This document shows, piece after piece, positions 62,220 through 64,000 of a stretch of 64,000 bases of DNA. The notes under the pieces were generated by a model. It saw nothing but the letters and a program-made list of their open reading frames with translations. It ran no database searches and was not told the origin of the DNA. This DNA comes from Chiloscyllium plagiosum (Eukaryota). The stretch spans positions 65,033,866 to 65,097,865 of the forward strand of contig NC_057719.1 in assembly GCF_004010195.1 (NCBI RefSeq). Reading direction: 5' to 3'. Position 1 is the stretch's first letter. The number at the start of each line of letters is the position of its first letter. The position numbers were made by a program, and so were the translations under genes.

Positions 62220-63209
62220 TCCCTTTATTTGGCTGTTTGTACAGCACTTCCTGTTCTGTAGGTCAGTTTGAGCACTAGACTTCACAATGTGAGAAGTGAT
62301 AAGTGACCCTCCACCTTAATCGTTGCAAGGGACAGGACAGCAAACACTAGTTTTATTGTGTTTTTAAAAGTTTTGAATGTATTAAAAGCATTTTTTTTCT
62401 CTGAAAAACACATAAATACCACGCTAGTGAACTCAACCCTTCAACCATACTTTACATAGCTCTGAAAGTCAAATCAGTAGAGTTTGTGCAAGATCCTCAA
62501 CTTTCTATAATTATACATCTAAAACTGACCATACGTAATGCATCAAAACCAAGGAAATGAAGACAACCATTTGGTACATGTCTTATTCATGTTGGAGTTA
62601 TCAATTTTGTTATATTCCTAAATGTTCTGATGTACAGTTATTTAAACTTCTGACATCTGGGAATGGGAAACAAGCATTGATTCTGTGAACAGCTGCTGAT
62701 AAAGGTTACAGCAGAAAAATCTACAATCACATTTTTGTTATTTGTACACAAATTTAATGACTAAAGTTTATCTGCAGATATTAGAGGCTTAAATATGCTC
62801 CACGCATATTTGATGCTGCCTCCTCATATCCCAGACTATAAAGTTGGTTCAAATGGAGCCCATGATGCTGGCTGTCTGAACATTTATTAGGGGGTTGAGC
62901 AGCCGGCTAGCACAACCAGCTTGCCTCTTTTAAAAGCAGTCATTTCCTCTAAGAAGGGGAGCTGGACTCAAGGGACCTTCTGTTAGCTGCTTGTAATAGC
63001 ATTGAACTACAAAATCAGAGCAGCAGGGAGAAGAGAGATTTAGTTCTGTCCTGAATGGGATACTGGAAATCTTAGTCTTTGAGGTAAGCAGGAAGAGACT
63101 GGTCATGATTTTGCAGGGGTGAGGAGCCCGTCAAGATTGACCCACAGATGGGAAGCAGAACAGGGCGGTCAATTCCCAGTCTGTGTTGAGAATACAGTAA
63201 CATTGTCAC

Positions 63210-63354
63210 CAGATGTGGAGGTGCCGATGTTAGACTAAGGTAGACAAAGTTAAAAATCAGAGTCTAGAATCACACAACCCCAAGTTGCAGTCCAACAAGT
63301 TTTTTTGGAAGTACTTTTGGAGTGCTGCTCCTAATGAAGGCATCGTATGATTTT
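63210..63354. mobile_element. Internally deleted family-B Penelope-like element with 12-bp TSD
   Basis: gatgtggaggtgccgatgttagact..gttaaaaatca matches the 36362 copy. TSD taacattgtcac at 63198-63209 and 63355-63366. Confidence 0.75.
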
Positions 63355-63439
63355 TAACATTGTCACAAGAAACTGAGTCACTTCATGTGTATGGTGTAGG
63401 GTGTCAAATGCATCTTTATATGACATCTGCTGCTCACCA

Positions 63440-64000
63440 TTTCACCAATGAATTGGATGAGGACTAATATACTGGCCAGGAGATTTGCTAGAGACTTAGG
63501 AGGATTTAAACTAGTGAGATGGATGGGACTCTGGGAATGGTGAGGAAAGAGATCAATTTGAGACTGGTGCAGTTGGGAAAAGGAGTAAGTGAAACGGTCA
63601 GGGCAGGCAGGAACAAAGCAGAAAAGGGATAGGACTGATAAATTAAATTGCATTTATTTCAATGCAAGAGGCCTAACAGCTAAGGCAGATGAACTCAGGG
63701 CATGGTTGGAAACATGGGATTGGGATATCACAGAGATTACAGAAATGTGGCTCAGGGATGGAAAGGACTGGCAGTGTAATGTTCTGGAATGTAGATGCTA
63801 TGGGAAGGATAGAAAGTGCACAGAATAAGAGAACAGGGTGAGTGGCTTTTTTGATTAGGGAAAACATTACGACTATACTTAGGGAGGATATTCCTCAGAA
63901 TACATCCAGGTAGGTTATTTGGGTGTAACTGGGAAATCATTTCTCACTAACTTAATTGAGGTTTTTGAAGATGAAACAAAAAGAATTGATGAAGGCAGAA
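63440..64000 (+). mobile_element. CR1 LINE (ORF1 end, endonuclease start, then jump to RT); runs off the right edge
   Basis: ORF 63589..63828 LNCIYFNARGLTAKADELRAWL..ITEMWL; from about 63930 GKSFLTNLIEVFEDETKRIDEG. Confidence 0.88.

Overview
Eukaryotic, AT-rich, repeat-dense non-coding DNA, most likely from a shark or other cartilaginous fish (inferred from HE1-type tRNA-SINEs and shark-type CR1 LINE ends). I found no host protein-coding gene. The long ORFs are retroelement fragments or their antisense shadows. Contents: two same-orientation Tx1/L1-clade elements inserted about 35 bp apart in one arm of a 27-bp inverted repeat (1-2185); about 15 CR1 LINE fragments of different ages, some nested; a decayed Ty3/Gypsy pol; several SINE families; a perfect 105-bp duplication; a 5/10/20-bp periodic minisatellite; and TE-poor stretches that may be conserved regulatory DNA. 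The most notable signal is at least eight short (about 95-230 bp), often palindromic insertions, seven with 9-14 bp target-site duplications. They carry minimal hammerhead-ribozyme motifs (CTGANGA-A-stem II-GAAA-CGTH or GCTA) of the Penelope-like element type, fall into four sequence families with covarying stems, and are mostly damaged at CpG sites. Boundaries of old repeats are approximate, and family names come from recognition by eye, not database search.
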